Origin: Heteronotia binoei
Lineage: Eukaryota
Assembly (NCBI RefSeq): GCF_032191835.1
Contig: NC_083235.1
Coordinates: forward strand, 17,918,001 to 17,982,000
Length of the DNA stretch: 64,000 nt
Reading direction: 5' to 3'
The notes under the pieces are model-generated. The model worked only from the letters and a program-made list of their open reading frames with translations, was not told where the DNA came from and searched no databases. How positions within the stretch are numbered: position 1 is the first letter of the stretch; every line of letters begins with the position of its first letter. The translations under genes and the position numbers were made by a program. Of the stretch, positions 22,367 to 33,539 are shown one piece after another.

Positions 22367-24667
22367 ATGGGGCCAAAGAAGGGGCAAGGCCCTTCTAAGG
22401 GCAAACAGCCTGCTAAAGCCCCTAGGAAGTGGGCCTGCTCGGTTGCTTCTGGGGAGGAGCTGCAGGATGGGTGTGATATGAGGCAGGCCATAATGGATCG
22501 TTTGGGTACCTTGGAGAGGGAAAGTGATGCGGCTGGGGCACTTACAGTTTGGTCTGGATGCCGCAGTGCCACGGGGAGGACGGGTACCTTCACATTTGAA
22601 AGGGAGGTGCTGGCAAGACTTTCTGCATTACAGGAAGGCAGGGGCTCAATGGTGGTGCTGGACTGAAGCCAGGAGGCCAGGACGAGCAAAGACGTGATGC
22701 CAGGCGACGAAAGTGAGGAGCAGGAGGTGGCGGATGAAGGGCTACAACCGGTTCAACCAGTGGTAGTGGCAGTGACGCCATCAGGTGTTGAAGGTAAAAG
22801 GGCATTGGCACAACACTCTCAGGCTTGGCCATGGGGGCCATGGGACTATGGTGCTTCACCGGGGCCCGCTGATACGGGGCAGGTTGCTACACCAATGAAT
22901 CAAGGTGGGCACTGGGTATTCCCAGCCCAGCCCGGACCGGTGTGGGCTGCAGGGAGTTCCACTATGGGGCGGGTCCAGGGTACAATGGGGGGTTGGGGCC
23001 AGCTGCCCGTTGCCTCAGTGGAGACTGAGGCCACTCAGGGGTCTTCCGCACCTTTAGCATCAACAGGGGTTCTCCCATGGGGAAAGCACATGTTGATGTC
23101 CCAGCCTGTGGGGCGGCCTGGTGCCCAATGGAATGCTTGGAGTTATCCCCCGAATCCTTATGGGTCAGTTCCTTTCCAGGCCCTCCCCTTTGGGGATACT
23201 GCCATGCCCTTAGGGGACCATTTGACCCCAGCGACGCAGGAAAAAATTCTGAGGGGGGAATACGTTGATGTATTCAGTCTTCTTTACAGAGAATTGGAAA
23301 AGAAGAATAAGGAGGAAATGGATGAAAAGGAGAAGCTTAGGCATAGGAAGGTGGATCAAACCTGGGCCAACTGGCTGCCAGGTTTCCTTATATATGCGGG
23401 AGTCATTGCTAGGGCACAGCCATGCAAATCCACGCCTTTGTTTCAGTATTGTGACATTATATACTGGGCATATACTGATTTTGTGGGTGCTGCCTGGTCA
23501 CAATACGATGAGACTTTCAGGATGAGGACAGCAATCACTGTATTTTTCACACCATAAGACGCACTTTCCCCCCCCAAAAAGTGGGGGGGGAAGTGTGTGC
23601 GTCTTATGGAGCGAAGGTATGTACCTTTCTCAGGGGGGGGGGGCAATCTGCTGCTTCTGCCTCTGATCCCGGTGCTTCCCCCGTGCCTGCCTGCCTGGCT
23701 CCAGTTCTGACGCTTACAGCAAGTGCCAGGATCGCTCCCTCCGCCCTCCAATCCCAGTGCTTGCTTTAAGCATCAGAGCTGAAGCCAGGCAGACAGGCAC
23801 GGAGAAAGCATGCCGCCCCGTCCACAGCCGGCGCTCACCAAGCACTGGGTTTGCGGAGGGGGCGGGTGCTTCCTCCATGCCTGTCTGCCTGGCTTCAGCT
23901 GATGCTTAAAGCAAGCGCTGGGATCGGAGGGCGGACGGAGCAATCCTTGCGCTTGCTGTAAGCGTCAGAGCTGAAGCCAGGCAGACAGGCACGGAGAAAG
24001 CACCCGCCCCTTCACAAACCCAGCGCTTCGCGAGCACCGGCTGTGGAGAGGGCGGCGTGCTTCCCCCGCGCCTGCGTGCCTGGCTGGGAGACAAGCGGTG
24101 AGATCGCTCCCTCCGCCCCCATCGCAAACCCAGCACTTCGCAGGGAGCGATCTCATCGCTTGTCTCCCAGCCAGGCACGCAGGCGCTGGCGTGCTTACCC
24201 CGTGCCTGCGTGCCTGGCTGGGAGACAAGCGTCGAGATGGCTCCCTGCGAAGTGCTGGGTTTGCGGTGGGGGCAGAGGGAGTGATCTCGCCGCTTGTCTC
24301 CCAGCCAGGCATTTGCGTCTAATGGTCCAGAGCGTCTAATGGACCGAAAAATACGGGTAATCCTGCGCTGCTGTGGGATCAAATCAATCAGCAGTTGTGA
24401 CTGCAGCTGATGGCCCCAGCAAAACCCAATTCAGGTGATAGGGCCGACAGTGGTCATTTAGTTCATAGACAGACAGGTGCCTCAGTAGCCCGCTCCTCAG
24501 CGGGACAACCAGTTCAACCCTGGCTGCTATGTTGGGAGTTCACTTCCCAGAGAGTATGCTCACAAAAAGCATGTAAATTCAAGCATGAGTGCCCATTATG
24601 CAGTGGGTCCCACACATTTTCTGCATGTAGCAAAGCCAAGCAAAAAGGGGGGGCAAAGCACCCCTGA
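22367..24667 (+). pseudogene. Ngaro-A gag-like ORF1, frameshifted and split by a MITE
   Basis: MGPKK... / LGDHLTPATQEKILRGEYVDVFSLL...FRMRTAI|NPALLWDQINQQ...CWEFTSQRVCSQKACKFKHECPLCSGSH. It is homologous to 43720-44424. Confidence 0.75.
23538..24357. mobile_element. Tc1/mariner (Tc2/pogo-type) MITE inserted in Ngaro-A gag
   Basis: TIRs C(T/C)GTATTTTTC...CCATAAGACGC and GCGTCTAATGGACCGAAAAATACGG, TA on the right. Removing it restores the gag frame. Confidence 0.8.
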
Positions 24668-24781
24668 GGAGGAGGCAATTCTCAGACGCTTGGAAAAGGG
24701 GCCAAGTTCCATTCGACATGGAACTTGGCCCCTTTTCCAAGGTTCTTAGGCATTTCTTGGAGGGTTATCCCAAGGTCACTG

Positions 24782-24784
<3 letters not shown>

Positions 24785-24852
<68 letters not shown>

Positions 24853-26365
24853 CAGGCTCAGGGCGGCTCACAACATAAAATACACATTACATCAGTTTTA
24901 CATTATAAAAACGTGGTTAAAACAGTTATAAATTATTAAATTTAACATAACAATATGGCGTTATAAACATTAGATTTTTAGTAAACGTCAAGGAATTAAA
25001 ACATTTCCAGCAGCATACCTAGCTTTATCACTAATTCTGTCATTAGTTGTAGGCCATCTTGAAAAGGTGGGTCTTACAGGCCCTACGAAATCGATCTAAA
25101 CATCTTAGGGCCCTCACCTCCTCAGGGAGTTGGTTCCACAGTATTGGAGCGGTGACAGAGAAGGCCCGATCTCGGGTGGCCTTCAGTCTGGCCTCCCTTG
25201 GCCCAGGGATATTCAACTGGTTTTTCCCAGATGACCTCAGTGCCCTCTGGGGCTCATATGGGGAGAGACGGTCCCTCAGGTAGGTAGGTCCTCGGCCATA
25301 TAGGGCTTTAAAGGTGATAACCAGCACTTTGTAGCGAACTCGGTACGCCACCGGCAGCCAGTGCAGCCCGCGCAGCCCCGGCTGTATGTGCTCCCATCTT
25401 AGGAGCCCCAGCAACAGCCTGGCCGCCGCGTTCTGCACCAGCTGCAGCCGCCGAGTTCGGCACAATGGCAGCCCCATGTAGAGGGCGTTGCAGTAGTCCA
25501 GTCTCGAGGTGACCGTAGCATGGATCACCATTGCTAGGTCACGGCGCTCCAGGAAGCGGGCCAACTGCTTCGCCCGTCGAAGATGAAAAAACGCGGACTT
25601 GGCAGCGGCCGCTATCTGTGCCTCCATTGATAATGAAGGCTCCAGAAGAACCCCCAGGCTCCTGACCTTGTGTGCCGCTTTAAGCTGCACACCGTCAAGG
25701 ACCGGCAAGGGGATTTCCCTTCCCAGGGCACCGCGACCCAAGCAAAGGACCTCTGTCTTCGTTGGATTCAACTTCAGCCCACTTAGTCTGAGCCAACCTG
25801 CCACGGCTTGCAATGCTAGGTCCAGGCTTTCTGGGATGGAGTCAGGCCGGCCATCCATTAGTAGATAGAGCTGGGTGTCATCAGCGTATTGATGGCACCC
25901 AAGCCCAAACCTCCGGGCTATCTGGGCAAGGGGGCGCATGTAGATGTTGAACAACATCGGGGAGAGAACTGCCCCTTGTGGCACCCCACATACTAGTGGG
26001 TGCCTCTGGGACCGCTCCCCCCCGATGGCCACCCTTTGTCCCCGTCCTGCGAGGAAGGAGGAAAGCCACTGTAAGGCCAATCCCCCAATCCCCATGTCGG
26101 CGAGCCGGCAGGCCAGTAGCTGATGATCGACCGTGTCGAATGCGGCCGACAGGTCCAACAGTATCAGCACCGCCACGCCGCCTCGATCCAGATGCCGCTG
26201 GAGGTCATCCACCAAGGCGACCAGCACTGTCTCCGTCCCATAACCTGGACGGAAGCCGGACTGGTGTGGGTCTAAGGCAGAAGTGTCATCCAAAAAACTC
26301 TGCGACTGTAACGCCACTGCCCTCTCTATAACCGTACCTAAAAATGGTAGGTTCGAGACCGGCCT
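24785..26365 (-). mobile_element. L2-clade LINE, 5'-truncated, young, inserted in Ngaro-A pol
   Basis: TSD CTGATA (24779-24784 / 26366-26371), (ATT)n tail at about 24782-24851. The empty site restores YPKVTDRAYLWEGF. Confidence 0.92.
25043..26317 (-). CDS. L2 ORF2 reverse transcriptase, C-terminal part (uninterrupted)
   Basis: QSGFRPGYGTET, LLDLSAAFDTVDH, GVPQGAVLSPMLFNIY, YADDTQLY, LNPTKTE. Confidence 0.9.
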   Translation of the reverse strand: MALQSQSFLDDTSALDPHQSGFRPGYGTETVLVALVDDLQRHLDRGGVAVLILLDLSAAFDTVDHQLLACRLADMGIGGLALQWLSSFLAGRGQRVAIGGERSQRHPLVCGVPQGAVLSPMLFNIYMRPLAQIARRFGLGCHQYADDTQLYLLMDGRPDSIPESLDLALQAVAGWLRLSGLKLNPTKTEVLCLGRGALGREIPLPVLDGVQLKAAHKVRSLGVLLEPSLSMEAQIAAAAKSAFFHLRRAKQLARFLERRDLAMVIHATVTSRLDYCNALYMGLPLCRTRRLQLVQNAAARLLLGLLRWEHIQPGLRGLHWLPVAYRVRYKVLVITFKALYGRGPTYLRDRLSPYEPQRALRSSGKNQLNIPGPREARLKATRDRAFSVTAPILWNQLPEEVRALRCLDRFRRACKTHLFKMAYN

Positions 26366-26371
26366 CTGATA

Positions 26372-27900
26372 GAGCCTACTTGTGGGAAGGGTTCACATTG
26401 GTGTTCAGGATCCCATTTCAGGGGCCTAGGGCGCCCTGTAGGACATCCAACCTTCATTCCGTTGTAGGGCTTGAACATGTGGTCAGGGCTAAGATAGTGA
26501 AGGAATGTTTGGAAGGGCAAGTCATTGGTCCTTTTGATGCTCCCTCAGTTCCATGCTTACGGGTCTCCCCATTGGGAGTGGTGCCTAAAAAGGCAGCGGG
26601 TGAATATCGGCTTATTCATCACCTCTCATATCCCAGAGGTGGGTTGATGAATGATGCAATTCCCGACCACCTCTGCTCAGTTAGATACACTTCCTTTGAC
26701 CAAGCGGTCAAAATGGTGCGGGGGTGTGGACTGGGAGCAGAAATGGCCAAATGCAACATTAAGTTGGCTTTTTGCCTGTTACCAGTACACCCTGAGGATT
26801 TTGAGTTGGGGTTTAAATTTGAGGGGAAATATTATATGGATAGAGCCCTACCTATGGGGTGCTCTGTATCCAGCCTTTGAGCGGTTCAGTTCCTTTCTGG
26901 AATGGCTGCTGAGGGCTAGATCTGGGTTTATGGAGATGGTTCATTACCTGGGTGATTTTCTATTCATGGGCACGGCAGGGACTGGACGTTGTGCCAAGCT
27001 ATTGGAGCTTTTTATGGAGCTGGCAGACGAGCTCGGGGTGCCGCTGGCACATGAAAAGACTGAGGGCCCGGTTACACGGCTGACATTTTTGGGGATCAAG
27101 TTGGATACTTTCCAGCAAGCTTCTCGGCTGCCGAAGGAAAAGGTCCGGCAGCTCAGAGAGCGGCTGGCAGCTCTTAAGTGGAAACATAAGGTGTTGCTGC
27201 TGGAGCTGCAGCAGCTTGTGGGGCATCTCAATTTAACCTGCAGAGTGGTCGCACCAGGCAGGGCATTCCTTAGGCACCTTTGTGATGCCATGGGGTCCCT
27301 GCGCTTACCCCATCATAGGGTGCGAATAATGGCTAGCATGCGCGGGGATTTGGAGGTTTGGGAAAAATTCTTGGAATCGTTTAATGGGGTGTTCTTTTTG
27401 GAGGGAGGATATGAGAGTCGAAGCCGACCAGATATCCTTGGATGCCGCGGGTTCTTTAGGTTTTGGGGTCTTGTTTCGGGGGCACTGGTGCACTGAGCAG
27501 TGGCTTATGGATTGGCAGGCTAGTGGCCTTTGCAGAAACTTAACTTTTCTGGAGTTTTTCCCCATTGTCATGGCAGTATGGATCTGGGGGGACCAGCTGG
27601 CCAACCAAGTGGTGCACTTTTGGTATGACAACTTGGCAGTGGTTCATGTCATCAACTCCTTGTCCTCCAGGTCGATACCAGTAAATGAACCTGGTTAGGG
27701 CTTTTACGTTTCGCTGCCTTCAATTAAACATGTTGTTTTTAGCAAAGCATGTTCCTAGAGTTTGTAACGGGGTGGCAGACACTCTGTCTTGCCGACAGAT
27801 GGAGCACTTTCGCCAGTTGGCCCCGGAGGCCAATCCATGGCCGGTGCGGATGCCCTAGGACCTGAGGCAGCTTGGCAGGCTGAAGCCAGTAGGGCAATTC
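26372..27900 (+). pseudogene. Ngaro-A RT/RNase H, frameshifted
   Basis: Pieces in ORFs 26344-26880, 26651-27496 and 27384-27698. Confidence 0.85.
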
Positions 27901-28780
27901 TGTTAGCATTGGCCACGAATACATGGAAAGTGTATGAGCGAGCAGCTCTACAGTTTAGGGTATTTAGAAATACAGTGGAATTGGGGGATAACTGGACCAT
28001 CCCAGTCCCCCACCTGATGCAATTTTGCATGCACCAGAGGGGTAGGGGGTTAAGTATTAAATTTATTCGGGGACAGTTGGCAGCCTTAGCTTTTATTAGT
28101 AAGGTGCAGGGGTTTCCTGCAGCTGTTGGGGATTTCAGATTGAAAAAGATGCTTGAAGGTTGGTCTCGGGAACGCTGGCTGCAGGCGGATGCCCAGCAAC
28201 CCATATCCCCTTCCATGCTTAGGGGGCTGGGCCGCATTTGGCCCGAGGTGTGTAGTTCGGATTACGAAATTGCACTGTTCCACGGAGCAGCACTGATGGC
28301 ATTTTTGGGGACCTTAAGGGTCTGTGAGCTGGTGTGGCTGTCACAAAATGACCAATCGGATTGGGCATTGCAAAGTAGCAATGTCAAATTTGAGGATGAA
28401 CATGTGGGTGCTGCAACTGAGGCAGTCCAAAACTGACCAAGGGTGCAAGGACACCACGGTTACACTTGGACGCTGTGAGGAGGTCGGTTTATGTCCTGTG
28501 CAAGCTTTGCAGCAGTATGTGGCAGTCAGGGGGAATGCCCAAGGGCTGCTATTCTGCCATAAGGATGGGTCCCCGCTTACTAAGTATCAGTTTTGGGCTG
28601 TTACAACGCGAGCACTAGACAAGTTGGGGTTGGGGAGGTTTAAATTTGGTACCCACTTTTTTTGAATTGGTGCTGCGTCAACAGCTGCAGCAATGGGCTA
28701 TCCTGGTACCGGCCATCCAAAGGGTGGGCCATTGGCATTCGGCAGCTTACCGAACCTATGTGTGTCCACTGGTGTTTCCC
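27789..28780 (+). pseudogene. Ngaro-A tyrosine recombinase, disrupted
   Basis: LRVCEL, QSKTDQ, LCPVQAL, GSPLTKYQF, FGTHFF*IGAAS (HSFRIG motif broken), AYRTYV. Confidence 0.85.
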
Positions 28781-28857
28781 TGATGGGGCTAGGGGCATGT
28801 TTGTTAGTGTTGTGTCCAGTTGAAGTTCAGTTGTGTTTGACTATTTTCTCCTTCCAG

Positions 28858-29220
28858 GTGCTGTGTCTCGTCAGGAGAGACTGCAGATCCTCATCTGTGG
28901 GTATGGTGTTCTGGGCTGCCCATTATGCCAGGAGATCTCCAGTCGGTTCCCAGTTGGTGCTGAGTGAGTGGGCTGTTGTTGAATGGCAGGGGCGCTGGGG
29001 GCTAAGGTGGCCAGGGCTCCTGCCACCGTCGTTTTTGGGAAAGGCTATTCCTCCGCCTCACATACTTGTCATCCATCTTGGTGGGAATGACTTGGGGCTG
29101 ATGAAGGGGAAGGCCCTTTCCTTGCAGGCAGTGGCGGATCTTCGTGCCATCGTGAAGAGGTGGCCCAGAGTCCGCCTAATTTGGTCTGCCATACTGCTGC
29201 GAAGAGTCTGGCAGCAAAAC
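28858..29220 (+). pseudogene. Ngaro-A SGNH hydrolase, GHS motif deleted
   Basis: ILICG|..MVFWAA frameshift, EWQGRWGLRW, PPHILVIHLGGNDLG. Confidence 0.75.
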
Positions 29221-30481
29221 CACTTTGGGCGGTGGGAGGCATCATCTTAGACTCAAGCACGTGGCTTTGTCCCCCACTCTCCCAGGTTCATTGACTCAAG
29301 CTGTGATCACATGAGCAGGATGCACATGCCCTGCTTGGAGTAAAAAAAAGAGAGAGAGAATCATGGAGAGGACAGTTAAAGAAAACAAAGAACCATGAGC
29401 AGATAACTATAAAATACTTGTAACTATCTTGGCCATATAAATACAATCAAACGTCTAATTTCAGTCACATTTTTACAATACATATCCATTCCATAATAGG
29501 AAGGTCCATATTCCAGTAGGGTGAAAAAATAAGTCCATGAGTCAACCAATAACTTCAATGTTCAATGAAATCAAAGTACTTTGTGCCATAGAAAAACTCC
29601 TTGTAGTATAATGCTTCAAACATTTTTACATCCGTTGCGACATGACCATACAAATTCTCATAAGGTGGACAGTAGACAGATACAAGGACACTCCTATTCC
29701 ATCCAAGCAATAGGTAACACTTCCAAGGGACAGGAAGGCTGGAGGGGAAGTTAGCGGATTTGACTAGCATTAAAAGTAGCAGCGGGGATGGTCATGACAG
29801 CAGCACCACTTCGGGCGGTGGGAGGCATCATCTTAGACTCAAATATGTGACTTTGTCCCCCACTCTCCCAGGTTCATTGACTCACACTATCACCACATGG
29901 GCAGGATGGGCAAGCCCTGCTTGGAGTAAAAAAAGAGAGAGAGAGAGAGAGAGAATCATGGAGAGGACTGTCAAAGAAAACAAAGAACCATGAGCAGATA
30001 ACTATAAAATACTTGTTACTATCTTGCCATATAAATACAATCAAACATCTAATTTCATTCACATTTTTACAATACATATCCATTCCATAATAGGGAAGTT
30101 CATATTCCAGTAGGATGAAAAAATAAGTCTGTGGGTCAACCAATAACTTCAATGTTCAATGAAATCAAAGTACTTTGTGCCATAGAAAAACTCCTTGTAG
30201 TATAATGCTTCAAACGTTTTTACATCCATTGAGACATGACCATGCAAATTCTCATAGGGTGGACAGTAGACAAATCCAAGGACACTCCCATTCCATCCAA
30301 TGGAGTCCATCAGCGTGTGACTCCACCTCCCTTACAAACTCCCTCGAAACTGGAATAGTGTCTTGTCCTGTATGTCCATTTTTCTGCATATCTTCTAAAC
30401 AGCCATTCAAAATTCTTACAAGCACAAAGATCAATGGATAATTTGTACGGTTATGTCTCAATTTGTACGGTTATGTCTCAA

Positions 30482-30746
30482 GAGATGATTTGGTGTAGTG
30501 GTTAAGCGCGTGGACTCTTATCTGGGAGAACCGGGTTTGATTCTCCACTCCTCCATTTGCAGCTGCTGGAATGGCCTTGGGTCAGCCATAGCTCTTGTAG
30601 GAGTTGTCCTTGAATGGGCAGCTGCTGTGAGAGCCCTCTCAGCCCCTCCCACCTCACAGGGTGTCGGTTGTGGGGGGAGAAGATATAGGAGATTGTAAGC
30701 TGCTCTGATTCAGAGAGAAGGGCGGGGTATAAATCTGCAATTCTTC
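30482..30746 (+). mobile_element. Squam3-like SINE
   Basis: Full-length copy inserted between ATGTCTCA and ATGGATG of the inverted copy. Confidence 0.88.
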
Positions 30747-30845
30747 AATGGATGTAAAAACGTTTGAAGCATTACGCGACAAGGACAAGTTTTTCTACGG
30801 CACAAAGCACTTTGATTCCATTGAATATGGAAGTTATTGGTTGAC

Positions 30846-31022
30846 ATACTTTCGATGCCCACTATATAAAACAACAGGAAAAATTTGTTGCATTGTGGCA
30901 TCCAGTGGCAGAATATCTAACTTTGGATGATGTAATTCAAGATAATAAGTTGTATATTGAGCTTTTGTTATTTTAATCTGATGTTTTGCATTGTTGATAA
31001 ATTTTAAAATTAAAGAAAAAAA
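30846..31022 (+). mobile_element. L1-type LINE extreme 3' fragment
   Basis: 16-bp TSD GAAGTTATTGGTTGAC (30830-30845 / 31023-31038), QQEKFVALWHPVAEYL resembling an L1 ORF2 C-terminus, ATTAAA followed by A7. Confidence 0.7.
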
Positions 31023-31699
31023 GAAGTTATTGGTTGACCAATGGACTTTTTTTTTTTTTTACTCTACTGGGATATGGATATATCAGTTTGGCCCAGCGCG
31101 AGCTCCCCACCCACCCTCTTTTTAGACCATGTGGGATCAGCTAGTCGCCAGTTTTGGGGGCAGGAATTTTTGAGGCCTCACTAAGATTGACAGGGAGAGA
31201 GGCCTTTTTTCACCTGCTCCGCATAGGTCAGAAGGGGTGAGGGATAAATAGGCCTGGCAAAGCTGGTTACGCCCTAACTGGGAAGGTGGAAAAAGCACAG
31301 GTTGAAGGGATTTTGAGTTGGCAAGCATCCCAAGATATCAGCAATAGGAGGGGTCCTCAAACTGGGTACCTATGAACTTTTCAGTCAGGGTGTCTCAATT
31401 TGGGGCCTCTTTGGGGTTGGGGGAGCATATTATCAGCCTTATGGCTTAGTAGACATGGACTGCAATGTGTACTTCCTCCCCTCTATGCACTATTGTGCCG
31501 ACTATGATGAGTAAGGTCTAAAAGTATCCCGGACCTGGCTCTGAGCTGGGGTGGGTTTGCCCTCTGCAAGCACAATACAACCCGTGCTTTAATGTGTTGC
31601 AGATCAGCTTATGTTTAAATAAAATTCCGAGTTTAACCCATAATTTGTGTCGTGTTTCATGCAAGGAGTGGGTGGGCAAAGCCTTACCGATAATGTTCC

Positions 31700-32420
31700 A
31701 CATAATATTCTTGTCAACAAGATGGTTAAATGTGGTTTGGTACAGAACTAGGTTCAGCAGCCCAGAACCCAGGAACAAAGACTCAAAGTCAAGACTTTGT
31801 GGCTTTATTCATTAACAAAATGATGGTTTTATTTATTTACTGAACTGCACCATAAAATCAACAAGCCCTTTCCCTTTTCGCTGCAGGTAACCTATGTGCA
31901 ATCCATTGGGTTTACAGCATATCGGCAAACTCACACTTGCTCAAAGCTCAGCAGAAGAGTAGTGGCTCACAGGAAATCTTCACCAAGAGATGACAAGCTT
32001 CATTAACCTGCATATACCATTCCCTCACCACCGCCCTGAATTCAGTCAAGCACAATAACTTCTCTTCATTATTTGGTGTCCATGGTGTTTGGCCATACAG
32101 CCTTAGACTTTGAACAGCAAATCTGGACTGTTCCTTCCATAGCTAGCTACAGCCTCACCAGTCATCCAACTGATCAGTCCCAGTTATACATTTAGCCCTT
32201 AGTGGGAAGCAGAAGAAAAAGGCTCCTGTTCCAAGCCAGTTTTAAAGTAATGCTGTGAAAGATGAAGATGACAGCTGAGTGAGATTGCTTGCTGCAAGAG
32301 AAGTCTCAAAAACAAAAAAAATAATTCAGAGTCTGGCACATATTTGGCCAAAGAAATGTTCTCTAGTTTTACACTGGAAGTCTAGGTCAGAACTCAAGAA
32401 CACCAAAGCAAATGCTTTTT
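31700..32420 (-). other. orphan copy of the OR 5'-intron module (no adjacent OR CDS)
   Basis: Homologous to 38725-39380 and 48790-49440. Confidence 0.7.
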
Positions 32421-32763
32421 TAAAAGTCAGTGGGCACCCTTTCCCATCCACTGCATTTCTTGCTGCTTCTCAAAATCTCTCTGGGGTAGGGACAAATGCT
32501 GGAGGCTCTGAATGTGGCCAAGTTGAGGCAGCCAACCCTAAAACTTTGGAGTCAAGAAGGGACTGCACCTTGTGTGCAAGCAAGGGAGGGTTCCTTTCAC
32601 CTTCCTCCCCACCCCTCGTTGCTTTGCAGCCAGCAGATTCATCCTTCCTCTCCTTCCTGCCCCATTCCATACAGCTTCCTCTGCTTCCCTCCTCTCTGCC
32701 TGCTGCTCTTGCTACTGCAGTGCACCTGCTACTGCTACTGCAGTGCACTTGCTACTGCAGTGC

Positions 32764-33293
32764 ACCTGCACCCTATATGGCCGAGGACCTACCTACCTAA
32801 GGGACCGTCTCTCCCCATATGAGCCCCAGAGGGCACTGAGGTCATCTGGGAAAAACCAGCTGAATATCCCTGGGCCAAGGGAGGCCAGACTGAAAGCCAC
32901 CAGGGACTGGGCCTTCTCTATTACTGCTCCACTACTGTGGAACCAACTCCCTGAGGAGGTGAGGGCCATACGATGTTTAGAGGGATTCCGTAGGGCCTGT
33001 AAGACCCACCTTTTCAAGATGGCCTTCAGCTAGCGAAAAATTAGCGGAAAAACTGTGACAAAACTAGATATGCTGCTAGAAATGCTTTTATTCTTGAAAT
33101 GTTTTTACTCTGAAATTATTGAAACCTGTTATAACGCCATACTGTTATGTGAATTTTAATACTTTGTAATTGTTTTAACCGTGTTTTATAATTATAACTG
33201 ATGTAATGTGTGTTTTCTGTTGTGAGCCGCCCTGAGCCTGCTCCGGCGGGGAGGGCGGGATAGAAATAAAAAATTATTATTATATATTATTAT
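32764..33293 (+). mobile_element. L2-clade LINE 3' fragment, young
   Basis: LYGRGPTYLRDRLSPYEPQRALRSSGKNQLNIPGPREARLKATRD is near-identical to 25043-25300, with an (ATT)n tail. Confidence 0.9.
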
Positions 33294-33539
33294 AGAAGTC
33301 AGAGGATCAGTGCCCCCACAGGCCCCCCTGTGGCTATGGGCCTGCCTGTTAGTTCCTCAGAATAAAGATAAATTCTTAGGACAGTAAAGTTTGTTTTTCT
33401 TTTTTATGGAGTGTGTCAAAATGGAGAAACAGTTTAGCTTACATGGGTATCCTTAAGACATTATAGAGGGAACCAATCAAGCAGATAGAAGCAATTAATT
33501 ACAGGACAAGGAGCATGTAAGGAAGAACTCTGTTGTACA

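Larger units (their letters stand above)
21690..29220 (+). mobile_element. Ngaro-type tyrosine-recombinase (DIRS order) retrotransposon, degraded, 3'-truncated (Ngaro-A)
   Basis: Order gag (from 22367) - RT (VSPLGVVPKK, YRLIHHLSYP, MVHYLGDFL) - RNase H (DNLAVVHVIN, GVADTLS) - YR (LRVCEL, QSKTDQ, FGTH) - SGNH (HLGGNDLG). No methyltransferase is seen. The 5' boundary is approximate. Confidence 0.88.
29221..31085. repeat. unidentified coding-like sequence in two tandem copies (period 586 bp) plus one inverted copy
   Basis: 29221-29705 matches 29807-30300. The inverted copy runs 30441-30480, 30747-30845 and 31023-31080. Confidence 0.8.

Noticed and set aside
24718-24939. poly-Asn/poly-Ile ORFs
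   Set aside because: They are translations of the (AAT)n L2 tail.
21690-29220. DIRS1-type (inverted terminal repeat, methyltransferase) assignment; split direct repeats
   Set aside because: No methyltransferase lies between RNase H and YR, and an SGNH ORF is present, which favours Ngaro. Terminal repeat structure cannot be verified because each copy lacks one end.
31085-31690. possible solo LTR (TATA-like motif, AATAAA, GT-rich end)
   Set aside because: No convincing TG...CA pair with a TSD could be fixed, and it does not match the Ngaro-A 5' repeat.
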